64,000 bases of DNA from contig CAXXVL010000002.1 of NCBI GenBank assembly GCA_963667845.2, forward strand, positions 992,001-1,056,000. The letters are read 5' to 3'. Every line of letters begins with the position of its first letter. Position 1 is the stretch's first letter. The notes under the pieces were generated by a model that saw only the letters and a program-made list of their open reading frames with translations, was not told where the DNA came from and made no database searches. Of this stretch, positions 21,307 to 30,632 are shown piece after piece. Origin of the DNA: Smithellaceae bacterium. Its GTDB lineage: Bacteria; Desulfobacterota; Syntrophia; Syntrophales; Smithellaceae. A program made the translations under genes and the position numbers.

Positions 21307-22569
21307 GTGATTAATCAAATAGTTACCAATACAGTTAGAAAGCAATTTGCTCTCGCCCTTAATTTTCAAGAGGGTATCGCGCCCGTTCTTCCTGACTGCA
21401 CTGATGACAAACAACGTCTGCTTTATATCCATATTCCTTTTTGCGAAGAGCTTTGCCCTTATTGCTCTTTTCACAGGATTCGCCTCGACGAACACGTTGC
21501 CAGAAAATATCATATCGCCCTGCGCCGGGAAATCGCTCTTTACCGGCAAAAGGGCTATCGCTTTACCGGCATTTATGTGGGCGGCGGCACACCCACTGTC
21601 CTGGTTGAGGAATTGTCGGAGACCCTGCGGCTCGCCCGGGAGGTTTTTCCCATTACCTCCATTTCCGTAGAAACCAACCCCAATCACCTGACGGATGCCA
21701 ATATCGCCGTCCTGAAACAGGCGGGCGTCAACCGGCTCTCCGTGGGGGTGCAAACCTTCAACGATGATCTACTTAAAAAGATTGCGCGGTACGATAAATA
21801 CGGGTCGGGCGAAGAGATTGCCGGGCGTCTCGCCGACACCATGGGCAAGTTCGATACGCTGAACGCTGACATGATTTTTAATTTTCCCGAACAGACCGCC
21901 CCGATGCTCGAAGCCGATCTGGCAGTCTTAACGAAACTCGAGATGCAGCAAATCACTTTTTATCCTTTGATGGTTTCGACGCTGACTCAACGTCTGATGC
22001 AGGAGACGCTGGGCGAGGTCAATTTCCCGAGGGAGCAATCCTATTTTGATCTGATTCTCAGACGTCTGGAGCGCGACTATGATTCTTCTTCGGCCTGGTG
22101 TTTTTCGCGGAAGAAAGCCGCCCGGTCGCTGATTGATGAATACGTTGTGGATTTTGACGAATACGCGGGCCTGGGCAGCGGCGCGATCGGTTATCTGGGC
22201 GGCGTCTGCTACGCCAACACTTTTGACATCGACCGATACATTTCCGAGTTGATGCAAAGCAACCTGCCTCTTGGGGCGGCGCGGGAGTTCACTCTGCCCG
22301 ATCAGATGCGCTATGACTTTCTGATGAAACTGTTTGCCACCCGGATGAACGTCAAGGAACTGGAGAAGAAATACAGCGGTAAATTTTTCCGGACCCTGTG
22401 GAAGGAAATGGCCGCCTTTACGCTGGCCGGCTCGTTTCGCTATTTCCCCCCCAATCTGCACCTGACGCCGCGCGGGCGTTATCTGTGGGTCATCATGATG
22501 CGGGAATTTTTTATCGCCGTGAATAATTTTCGCGACTTCTGCCGCAGGCAGGCCGGACTGATTCCCTAG
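21307..22569 (+). CDS. HemN-like class C radical SAM enzyme, probable menaquinone C8-methyltransferase (MenK/MqnK type)
   Basis: LYIHIPFCEELCPYCSF, GGGTP, RLSVGVQ, QITFYPLM motif, C-terminal MMREFFIAVNNFRD. Confidence 0.75.
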   Translation: MINQIVTNTVRKQFALALNFQEGIAPVLPDCTDDKQRLLYIHIPFCEELCPYCSFHRIRLDEHVARKYHIALRREIALYRQKGYRFTGIYVGGGTPTVLVEELSETLRLAREVFPITSISVETNPNHLTDANIAVLKQAGVNRLSVGVQTFNDDLLKKIARYDKYGSGEEIAGRLADTMGKFDTLNADMIFNFPEQTAPMLEADLAVLTKLEMQQITFYPLMVSTLTQRLMQETLGEVNFPREQSYFDLILRRLERDYDSSSAWCFSRKKAARSLIDEYVVDFDEYAGLGSGAIGYLGGVCYANTFDIDRYISELMQSNLPLGAAREFTLPDQMRYDFLMKLFATRMNVKELEKKYSGKFFRTLWKEMAAFTLAGSFRYFPPNLHLTPRGRYLWVIMMREFFIAVNNFRDFCRRQAGLIP

Positions 22570-22631
22570 AACAAGGGGTCTTGCCACCCGCAGGCTGGTT
22601 GCAACCCTGTTCTGCAAAGATGGAGAAAGTT

Positions 22632-24047
22632 ATGGATGACAAAAGAAAAGCAATGCTGAAAAATCTCCCGAAAATCGACGAAGTCATCGGACTGCTCGAA
22701 AAGCAGGGTATCTATGAAAAAGCATCCCGGGAAATCATCCTGGGCATATGCCGAGACGTCGTGCAGAAACTGCGCGATGACATCCTGACCGCTCAGGATA
22801 AACACCTGCCGACTGTTGCTTCCGATGCGGCGGCGGCCGCCCGAAGCGTCGTGGAGATTGTCGATGACCTGTATCGCTACAAATTACGCAGGCTCGTCAA
22901 CGCCACCGGGGTGATTTTGCATACCAATCTGGGGCGCGCGCCTCTGTGCCCCGAAGCCCTGGATCGAATTGCCGAGGTGGGGCGCGGCTACTCCAACCTG
23001 GAGTTTAACCTGGATCAAGGCTCGCGCGGTCTGCGTTACGACCACGTGAGCCGGCTGATCTGTGTGCTTGCCGGCGCGGAGGATGCCCTGATCGTCAACA
23101 ACAATGCGGGCGCCGTCTTGCTCGTGCTTAATACGCTGGCTGAAAATAAAGAGGCGATTGTCTCGCGCGGCGAATTGATTGAAATCGGCGGGGAGTTTCG
23201 TATTCCGGATGTCATGACCAAAAGCAATTCCATTCTGCGGGAAGTGGGAACCACCAACCGCACGCGTCTCGCTGATTACGAGAAAGCCATCGGCCCGAAC
23301 ACCGGCGTGATCTTAAAAGTCCATACCAGCAATTACCGGATTGTCGGATTTACCGAAGAAGCCGAACTTACGCCGCTGGTCGCGCTCGGCAAACAACACG
23401 GAATCCCGGTCTTCGACGATCTGGGCAGTGGTTGCCTGATTGATCTGGAACAATACGGTCTCACACATGAGCCGACCGTTCGCGAAGTGCTGGCGTCCGA
23501 GGTCGATGTCGTGACGTTCAGCGGCGACAAACTTCTGGGCGGACCCCAGGCGGGCATTATCGTCGGCAAAAAAGATATTTTGGCACGCATTAAAAAGAAT
23601 CCGCTTAACCGCGCTCTCAGGATCGACAAATTCACTCTGGCTGCGCTGGAAGCGACGCTGATGCACTATCTGGCCGGAGCGGACGCAGCCATCAAATTGC
23701 GATCCCTGAAAGCGTTGACCGAGCCGTTAAGCGACGTCAAAAAGCGGGCGCGCAAGCTTGCCAACAGGCTGAACAAAGCCAATATCCCCGGCCTGACATA
23801 CGAAATTCGTGAAGGCGCGGCTGCCGCAGGCGGCGGGTCCCTTCCGACGCAGGTTATTCCGTCGGTGGTTGTCGCCGTCAAACACGAAAAGATCTCGTCG
23901 AGCCGGATGGAATCAAAGCTGCGCCAGGCGACGATGCCCGTTATCGTTCGCGTCGACGAGAATGAAATTCTTCTCGATCTGCGCACCGTAGCCGAAGAAG
24001 AGTTTTGCTTCGTGATTGACGGACTGCGGGAGATTTTGGCCCACTGA
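22632..24047 (+). CDS. selA: L-seryl-tRNA(Sec) selenium transferase
   Basis: VNATGVILHTNLGRA, SRGELIEIGGEFR, EVGTTN, FSGDKLLGGPQAG; GGAG RBS before ATG 22632. Confidence 0.96.
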   Translation: MDDKRKAMLKNLPKIDEVIGLLEKQGIYEKASREIILGICRDVVQKLRDDILTAQDKHLPTVASDAAAAARSVVEIVDDLYRYKLRRLVNATGVILHTNLGRAPLCPEALDRIAEVGRGYSNLEFNLDQGSRGLRYDHVSRLICVLAGAEDALIVNNNAGAVLLVLNTLAENKEAIVSRGELIEIGGEFRIPDVMTKSNSILREVGTTNRTRLADYEKAIGPNTGVILKVHTSNYRIVGFTEEAELTPLVALGKQHGIPVFDDLGSGCLIDLEQYGLTHEPTVREVLASEVDVVTFSGDKLLGGPQAGIIVGKKDILARIKKNPLNRALRIDKFTLAALEATLMHYLAGADAAIKLRSLKALTEPLSDVKKRARKLANRLNKANIPGLTYEIREGAAAAGGGSLPTQVIPSVVVAVKHEKISSSRMESKLRQATMPVIVRVDENEILLDLRTVAEEEFCFVIDGLREILAH

Positions 24048-24143
24048 CGTTTCGGTCTCCTGTTTGCACGTTTACTGAAAGGGGCGTGGCCTCGTTCAGG
24101 ATTGGCGGGGGATAACCAAACTTAGCCGCGGAGGAGTAATATT

Positions 24144-25172
24144 TTGTCTGGTGAAGCCCAACAGCCCAGAGACTTATCCTTTATCGTAAGCCCGCTGCAG
24201 GCCGGCTTTCGTCTGGATGTTTTTCTGGCGCAGGCGGACGAATCATTTTCCCGCTCGCAGATTAAAAACGCCATCGCAGAAGGCGACGTGACGGTCAACG
24301 GCAAAGAGCCGAAAGTCAGTCAGCATCTGAAAGCGGGAGATGTTGTGGACCTTCATCTGGAGCCGGCAATTGTTGCAGTCGCGATTCCACAGGACATTCC
24401 TTTAAATATTGTTTATGAAGATGCGTCCATCATTGTGATTAATAAACCGGCGGGTATGGTCGTGCATCCTGCGCCGGGCAATCCGGACAACACGCTGGTC
24501 AACGCACTCCTCTTTCACTGCCATGATTTGTCGGGAATCGGCGGCGTTCTCAGGCCGGGGATTGTACACCGGCTGGATAAGGAAACGTCCGGTCTGATCG
24601 TAGCGGCAAAATCCGATGAGGCGCATCGCCGGCTTTCGGGGCAGTTTGAAAAACATGACGTGCATAAGAAATATATCGCACTGGTCTGGGGTGATGTGAA
24701 AGGGCAGAGCGGCGAAATCGTTCTGCCGGTGGGGCGCCATCCCGTGGACCGTAAAAAGATGTCCACGAAAAGCCGGCACGGCAAAGACGCGTTGACGCTC
24801 TGGAAGGTGCGTGAACGCTTCGGTACGGCAACACTACTGGATATCGAAATCAAAACCGGCCGGACACATCAGATCCGCGTCCATCTTACCGAGCGGGGCT
24901 ACCCGGTCATAGGCGATGCGGTTTACGGAAACACATCCAAGTTGCAATCGATCAAGAATGCGGCGCTGAAGGCGGCCATCAAGTCCCTGGACCGCCAGGC
25001 GCTGCATGCCGCTCAACTTTCTTTTCTGCATCCGCAAAGCAATGAGCGCATGGTTTTTACCGCGCCGCTTCCCCCGGATATAGAAAACCTGCTCACCGTG
25101 TTTCGCGCGGCCACGCCCGGTTACATTGCGGAATCCGGTTTACAAACCTGGAAGGATAAGTTAAAAGGATAG
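24144..25172 (+). CDS. rluD: 23S rRNA pseudouridine synthase (RluA family with S4 domain)
   Basis: RLDVFL S4 domain, NKPAGMVVHP, HRLDKETSG, TGRTHQIRVH; followed by pgeF. Confidence 0.9.
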   Translation: MSGEAQQPRDLSFIVSPLQAGFRLDVFLAQADESFSRSQIKNAIAEGDVTVNGKEPKVSQHLKAGDVVDLHLEPAIVAVAIPQDIPLNIVYEDASIIVINKPAGMVVHPAPGNPDNTLVNALLFHCHDLSGIGGVLRPGIVHRLDKETSGLIVAAKSDEAHRRLSGQFEKHDVHKKYIALVWGDVKGQSGEIVLPVGRHPVDRKKMSTKSRHGKDALTLWKVRERFGTATLLDIEIKTGRTHQIRVHLTERGYPVIGDAVYGNTSKLQSIKNAALKAAIKSLDRQALHAAQLSFLHPQSNERMVFTAPLPPDIENLLTVFRAATPGYIAESGLQTWKDKLKG

Positions 25173-25174
25173 AC

Positions 25175-26029
25175 ATGTTTTCTCTGAAAAAGAAGAATTC
25201 CATTGCCTATCTGCAGGCGCCGCTTCTCGCGGGGTGTGATTTTCTGATGCACGCGTTTTGTACCAGGAGGGGAGGCGCATCCCGGGATGACTATAAAAGC
25301 CTTAATATGAGTTTTCGCGAAGGCGATGAGGAGCTCCACGTCCTGGCCAACTGGGAAAAACTCTCTCGGTCGTTTGCCATCCCCATGGAAAATTTCCTCG
25401 TCCTCAATCAGGTTCACGGCGACAATATTTTTATCATCAAACCGCACGGTGATTATTTCACATCGGGCGACGCGCTCAACTATGATGCCATCGTGACCAG
25501 CCGGACCGATCTTGCCATTTGCGTCAAGACGGCGGATTGTGTGCCGGTTTTCCTTGTGGACCGGATTAAGAAAGTGATTGCCGCCGTGCACGCGGGATGG
25601 CGCGGGTCCGCCCTCGGGATTACTGCAAAGAGTATCCGATTAATGCAAAATCAGTATGGCTCCCAGCCCCGGGATCTGCTGGCGGCCATCGGACCATCCA
25701 TCGGCCGTTGCTGCTACGAAGTCGATGCCGCTGCCGCCGACGCATTTAGCAACAAAAACAATGCGGGCGACTTCCTGTTACCGGGGAAGCGAAAAGACCG
25801 GTGGATACTTGACCTGATGGAGGCCAACCGGCGCCAGATTCTGGATTGCGGCGTTCCCGATACTCAAATTGAAACATCGGGTCTGTGCACAGCCTGCCAT
25901 CCGGACGCTTTCTTTTCGCATCGCGGATCGGGCGGCGTCACCGGACGGCAGATCAATTTCATGATGATTAAAGGTGATCTGCGCTCTCCGGGGCTCTGGG
26001 TCGAAGACGATCCGCTGCTCATTCATTAA
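25175..26029 (+). CDS. pgeF: PgeF/YfiH family (peptidoglycan editing factor / purine nucleoside phosphorylase)
   Basis: QVHG, TADCVPV, HAGWRG, GPSIGRCCYEV, FFSHR. Confidence 0.92.
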   Translation: MFSLKKKNSIAYLQAPLLAGCDFLMHAFCTRRGGASRDDYKSLNMSFREGDEELHVLANWEKLSRSFAIPMENFLVLNQVHGDNIFIIKPHGDYFTSGDALNYDAIVTSRTDLAICVKTADCVPVFLVDRIKKVIAAVHAGWRGSALGITAKSIRLMQNQYGSQPRDLLAAIGPSIGRCCYEVDAAAADAFSNKNNAGDFLLPGKRKDRWILDLMEANRRQILDCGVPDTQIETSGLCTACHPDAFFSHRGSGGVTGRQINFMMIKGDLRSPGLWVEDDPLLIH

Positions 26030-26056
26030 ATCCCAACAGCGATGAAAGGGGGCCTG

Positions 26057-27424
26057 ATGAATCTCAATCCTTTGTTCCAACCGAAAACGATGGCGGTGAT
26101 CGGTATTTCCGCGACGAATGACCGCCACCCCGCCAATGTCATTTTTGCCAAAAACAACCATCGCTATCCCATTGAGATGTTTGCCGTTAACCCGAAAGGC
26201 GGCAGCCTCCACACGGAAGTTATTTACCCGCGCCTGGCGGATATTCCCCGAAAGATCGATTTGGCCGTCATTGCTACGCGGGCCGAGCTGGTGCCGGACG
26301 TCATGGCAGAGTGTATCAAAGTCGGAGCGAAATCGGCGATCGTTATTTCCGGCGGATTTACCGAAGGCGGGCGCAAAGACCTGCAGGACCGGATTGTCAG
26401 CATGGCCAGAGAAGCCCGCTTCCCTTTCATCGGCCCGAACTGTCTGGGTGTTTACGTTCCGCTGGCTGTTGATACTTTCTTCCTGCCGATCGAGCGCATG
26501 ATCAAGCCGGAAACCGGCGGCGTGGCGTTTGTCAGTCAGAGCGGCGGGATCCTCGTTGACCAAATGATCAAGTTCACCCAGCAGGGCGTCGGCATGGCCA
26601 AAGCCGTCAGCATCGGCAATAAAGCCGTCATCGGGGAAAAAGAACTGCTCGCCTATCTCATCCGCGATCCGGCCACCAGGGTGATTGCCTATTACATCGA
26701 AGGATTCGGGAAAGACGAAGGCCGGGAATTTGTGCTGGCGGCGAATGACTGCCCCAAGCCCGTTGTCATTATGAAATCCGGAAAGACCCCCGGCGGGAAC
26801 CGCGCCGTCTCCAGCCACACAGCTTCCCTGGCCGGCGACTACGCCAGTTTTTCCGCAGCAATCGCGCAGCATAATATTCTGGAGGCCGTGGATGAAAATG
26901 AACTGGTTGCTTACTGTGAAGTCCTGAGTTCTTACACCAAACCGATTCAAGGCAACATCGGCATCATCACCGGCAGCGGCGGCCACGGAGCGATGACGGT
27001 CGACGCCTGCTCGCTTGCCGGAATCAATGTCCCGGAATTGTCTGCCGAGACGAGGGCCGAGATCGCGAAAAATATCTCGGGCAGCATTCAGTCCATTGCA
27101 TCGCTTGCCAACCCCGTAGATCTCACCGGCAGCGCGGTTGATGATGATTTTGTCGCGTGCGCCGGAGTCATGGGTGCTTCCCCCGAAGTCGATTGTGTGA
27201 TCGTCTTGCTGCTGCCGTACATTCCCGGGATGACGCTGGATATCGGCGTGAAATTAAGCAGCGTGAGCAAGCAGTTCAGCAAACCGTTTATCGCCTATGT
27301 GCCGCAGGTGGAAAAGTACAACATGCTCATTGAGGGATTTGAATTGAACGGCATTCCGGTATCGCCGTCCATTGAAGGCGCCGTGCTGATGGCCAAGGCG
27401 CTTGTGAGGAGAAAACCGTGCTGA
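26057..27424 (+). CDS. ADP-forming acyl-CoA synthetase alpha subunit (CoA-binding)
   Basis: IGPNCLG, SQSGG, SIGNK, phospho-His motif SHTASLAG, NPVDLTG. Confidence 0.88.
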   Translation: MNLNPLFQPKTMAVIGISATNDRHPANVIFAKNNHRYPIEMFAVNPKGGSLHTEVIYPRLADIPRKIDLAVIATRAELVPDVMAECIKVGAKSAIVISGGFTEGGRKDLQDRIVSMAREARFPFIGPNCLGVYVPLAVDTFFLPIERMIKPETGGVAFVSQSGGILVDQMIKFTQQGVGMAKAVSIGNKAVIGEKELLAYLIRDPATRVIAYYIEGFGKDEGREFVLAANDCPKPVVIMKSGKTPGGNRAVSSHTASLAGDYASFSAAIAQHNILEAVDENELVAYCEVLSSYTKPIQGNIGIITGSGGHGAMTVDACSLAGINVPELSAETRAEIAKNISGSIQSIASLANPVDLTGSAVDDDFVACAGVMGASPEVDCVIVLLLPYIPGMTLDIGVKLSSVSKQFSKPFIAYVPQVEKYNMLIEGFELNGIPVSPSIEGAVLMAKALVRRKPC

Positions 27425-28095
27425 AAAAAGAAATCAGAGATATCCTTTTGAGATCAAAAAAGTGGGGATGGGTGCTGGAGCCTGATGCGCAGAAAATTTT
27501 TTCGCTCCGGGGCTTCAAAACGCCGCGGTACGAAGTTGCGATATCGAATGAGCAGGCCACGGCGATTGCCCGACGCATCGGTTATCCGGTGGTTGCCAAA
27601 ATCGTCTCACCGGCGATTATTCATAAATCTGATGTCCGAGGCGTCGTGGTCGGCATTAAAGATGACGAGACGCTGATCGAGACGCTCGATCGTTTTCGCC
27701 GGATGGACGGCTTTAGGGGCATGCTGATTGCGGAGATTGTCAAAGGCCTGGAACTCATCATCGGCGCGAAGAACGATTTTCAGTTCGGTCCAATGGTCCT
27801 CCTGGGGATGGGCGGCGTGGGCGTGGAGATTTACAAAGACGTTTCTTTGAGAATGGCGCCGCTCACGGCGCGGTGCGCCGATCACATGATTAATGGGCTT
27901 GCCGCCCGGAAGCTCCTTTCCGGCTATCGCGGAGCGGAGCCCGTTAATCTGAATGCGCTTAAAAAGACCATCGTTAACTTCTCCCGGTTGATGATGGAAT
28001 TAAAAGACGAGATCGAGTCGGTGGACCTCAATCCGGTCATGTGCACGGCGAAAACCTGCATCGTTGCCGATGCGCGGATCATGCTGAAGAAATGA
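27418..28095 (+). CDS. ADP-forming acyl-CoA synthetase beta subunit (ATP-grasp)
   Basis: IGYPVVAKIVS, HKSD, FGPMVLLGMGG, DLNPV, DARI; overlaps the alpha stop. Confidence 0.88.
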   Translation: MLKKEIRDILLRSKKWGWVLEPDAQKIFSLRGFKTPRYEVAISNEQATAIARRIGYPVVAKIVSPAIIHKSDVRGVVVGIKDDETLIETLDRFRRMDGFRGMLIAEIVKGLELIIGAKNDFQFGPMVLLGMGGVGVEIYKDVSLRMAPLTARCADHMINGLAARKLLSGYRGAEPVNLNALKKTIVNFSRLMMELKDEIESVDLNPVMCTAKTCIVADARIMLKK

Positions 28096-28234
28096 ATCCG
28101 GCCTCATGTTTGGCATAGGGTCAGTATTGCCAAAGAATCTCAATGGGAGCGAAAGAATAAAGTCGTGATTTTCCGGATATCAAAAATATCCCATTCGGCA
28201 GGTCGTCACGAAAAACGGCAAGAAGTGTTTTTGG

Positions 28235-28267
28235 AAAAAAAAGGGCGGATCTTTAACGATCACGCCC
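28235..28267 (-). terminator. Intrinsic terminator
   Basis: Minus strand GGGCG-T-GATC-gttaaa-GATC-CGCCC followed by T8. Confidence 0.85.
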
Positions 28268-28424
28268 TGGCTTAAGGTTTAGTTGAAAGGTTTACACTTT
28301 ATCGCCCCTTTTTCCGGTTTTTTTCCCGTTGAGCGGTCGCCAGTTCCGAAGATTGCCATTTCAGCCGCAGCGACAGGTTCTTACGGTCAATCTCCCAACC
28401 ATAAAAACCAGTGTCTATCTTTGT
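28235..28424 (-). ncRNA. Candidate stand-alone structured ncRNA (~190 nt), NrdR-box promoter
   Basis: Own promoter and terminator; four-way junction with a 15-bp GU-rich stem capped by GAGA and a C(UUCG)G loop; no ORF with an RBS. Confidence 0.65.
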
Positions 28425-28430
28425 GACTAG

Positions 28431-28459
28431 AAAATACCACCATATATAGATGTTGTCAA
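28431..28459 (-). promoter_or_regulatory. Sigma70 promoter
   Basis: Minus strand TTGACA (28459-28454)-N17-TATTTT (28436-28431). Confidence 0.75.
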
Positions 28460-28483
28460 TATTTTATATACTAGATATCGTAT
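28437..28483. promoter_or_regulatory. Tandem NrdR boxes
   Basis: ccaCcATATATaGatg (28437-28452) and ataCtAgATATcGtat (28468-28483) match acaCwAtATaTwGtgt, offset 31 bp, flanking the -35 hexamer. Confidence 0.8.
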
Positions 28484-28919
28484 AAGGCGAAAATTCCAAA
28501 TCTTCTTAAAGATAATCGGCCCCAAGGCGGCATGACAGGGGGCGGCTCTTCTAAAGGATAAATGGCGGGTGCCGGATCCGTGCCACATATAATCCATCTT
28601 AATTTTCAGGCCGGTCATTGAAGTCGTCAAAAAGATCGCAAGCGAACAATTTTGGAAACACTGGCATCATCTTTCGCAGGGTGTCCTTTATATACATCCC
28701 GGCTGATTCCTGTTTCCGGACCCGGCCATTAATCTTTATTGACAGTCCAGTCTTTTCAGTATTACACAATCAGCGAGTTCACTTGGCTTCCCGTGACAGG
28801 GATCGGCTTTTTTCATTAATCGATTTTGCAGCGCCGTCGACCTTCTGCAGGCTACGGCCGCTTCTGCGAATACAACCGGGTAAGATCATCAAAACAGGAA
28901 TCATTGTTGAGGTAAAGAA

Positions 28920-30554
28920 ATGGAATATCCCTGGCTTAAGCATTACGCGCAGCATGTCCCGCGAACGCTAACTTATCCCGCTACGAATATCTATCGCTTT
29001 TTAGCGGATACGGCCGAGAGACATCCGAACGATTGGGCGATGACCTTCAATGACCAAAATACGACTTATGCCGAGCTTAATGAAAAGGTCATCCGATTTG
29101 CCGGAATTCTGCACGGGCAGGGAGTCCGAAAAGGCGATCGGGTGGCTTTGATCCTCGTGAATTCTCCCACCTACGTCATTTCCTTTTTTGCCCTGATGAA
29201 GCTTGGTGCCATTGCGGCCAATATCAGCGTCGGTATCTCCGGCGAGGAATTGGCGAATTGTCTCAGTAATGCTGGTGCGAAGGCAGCCGTTACGCTGGAC
29301 CTCTTTGCCAAGAATCTTTACGGCGTCATTCAAAACACGCCGGTGAAGAGTGTTATTCTCCATTCCGTTTTCGGCCTGGAAAAAAAGATTGCTCGCGAAA
29401 ACAGTATGCCCGTGCCTCAAGTTTATGCGGATTTGATGGCCGGCGCTCAGGATATCCAGGCGATGGATATTGACGTCTTTCTGGATGATCTTGCCGTGCT
29501 TCAATACACGAGCGGTTCGACGGGCACGCCCAAAGCGGCAGCCCTGACCCATGCCAATCTGGTGGCGGCCGTTTTGCAGTCCGACGCCTGGATGGGGACT
29601 GAGAGCGCGGGTAACGCCGCCGTGCTGTGCGTCATTCCCTTCTTTCATGTGTTTGGTCTTACGGCCTGCCTGATCATTTCTGTTTTCAAGGGATACCGGA
29701 TGCTTCTCCTGCCCCGGATGGACGCCATGGATATTCTATCGCTTTCAAAGATGCTGGAAACTTACAAACCCATATCCTTCCCGGCCGTCCCCAGCCTCTG
29801 GAACGCCCTTCTGTCTCTGCCCGATGAGACGGCAGGGGAGCAGTTGTCCTCCATCCTTGTCGCCATATGCGGCGGAGCGCCAGTGCCTCAGACACTTCAT
29901 GATCGATATCAGACACTGACGGGCAAACGAATGATGGAAGCTTACGGTCTTTCCGAAGCCTCTTCGGCGACGCATATGACTCCTTATCCGGCAGGCGGAC
30001 CCGCGGGATCAATCGGTATACCGCTTCCGGACACTCAGGCGAAGATCATGGATGTAGAAACCGGACAAAGAGAATGTCCTCCCGGAGAAATAGGTGAACT
30101 GGCTGTGAAGGGTCCGCAAATCATGCGGGGTTACTGGAACAATGACGAGCTCACTGCGGCTGTCCTTTGCGACGGCTGGTTTTTTACCCGCGATCTGGCG
30201 CGCACGGACGATGACGGCTATTTCTATCTGGTGGATCGAAAGGACGACATGATCATCTCCAAGGGGTTCAATGTTTATCCCGGCCAGATCGAGGATGTTC
30301 TTAAGCAGCATCCCAAAGTCAAAGATGCGGCCGTCATCGGCGTTGACGACCGGCTGAAAGGACAGGTGATCGTCGCCGTCGTCGCCCTGAAAGAAGACGT
30401 GCAGGCGCAAAAAGAGGAACTGCTCACGTACTGCAAGGACCGTTTGCCCGACTATCGCGTGCCTAAAACCATTCTGATCCGGGCGGAGATTCCTCGCGAT
30501 CCCGCGGGGAAACTGCTGCGGCGAATATTAAGGCAGGACGTTGCGGGTGCCTGA
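28920..30554 (+). CDS. Long-chain fatty acid-CoA ligase (FadD-like)
   Basis: YTSGSTGTPK, PFFHVFG, EAYGLSE, GPQIMRGYW, DRKDDMII. Confidence 0.92.
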   Translation: MEYPWLKHYAQHVPRTLTYPATNIYRFLADTAERHPNDWAMTFNDQNTTYAELNEKVIRFAGILHGQGVRKGDRVALILVNSPTYVISFFALMKLGAIAANISVGISGEELANCLSNAGAKAAVTLDLFAKNLYGVIQNTPVKSVILHSVFGLEKKIARENSMPVPQVYADLMAGAQDIQAMDIDVFLDDLAVLQYTSGSTGTPKAAALTHANLVAAVLQSDAWMGTESAGNAAVLCVIPFFHVFGLTACLIISVFKGYRMLLLPRMDAMDILSLSKMLETYKPISFPAVPSLWNALLSLPDETAGEQLSSILVAICGGAPVPQTLHDRYQTLTGKRMMEAYGLSEASSATHMTPYPAGGPAGSIGIPLPDTQAKIMDVETGQRECPPGEIGELAVKGPQIMRGYWNNDELTAAVLCDGWFFTRDLARTDDDGYFYLVDRKDDMIISKGFNVYPGQIEDVLKQHPKVKDAAVIGVDDRLKGQVIVAVVALKEDVQAQKEELLTYCKDRLPDYRVPKTILIRAEIPRDPAGKLLRRILRQDVAGA

Positions 30555-30632
30555 AGCCCGTTTTTCCTGATTGACACCGGGGTCCTTTCGGTATTACTTA
30601 ATGCGAACAATTCATTTCAAGGAGCGCGTTCC

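Noticed and set aside
28292..28402. Minus-strand mini-ORFs inside the candidate RNA (MVGRLTVRTCRCG-TGA with possible Sec readthrough; also MAIFGTG... from 28359)
   Set aside because: Neither has an RBS, both ATGs lie in predicted stems, and there is no recognisable selenoprotein motif. The RNA structure explains the sequence better, although Ribo-seq would be needed to exclude translation.
28235..28424. 6S RNA, tRNA-Sec or cobalamin riboswitch identity for the candidate RNA
   Set aside because: It folds as a multibranch rather than a rod with a central bubble. It has no UCA anticodon arm or T-loop, no B12 box, and no downstream co-oriented gene.
28427..28971. ORFs 28427-28630(-) and 28618-28971(+)
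   Set aside because: No RBS or motifs; they overlap regulatory sites and the start of the acyl-CoA ligase.
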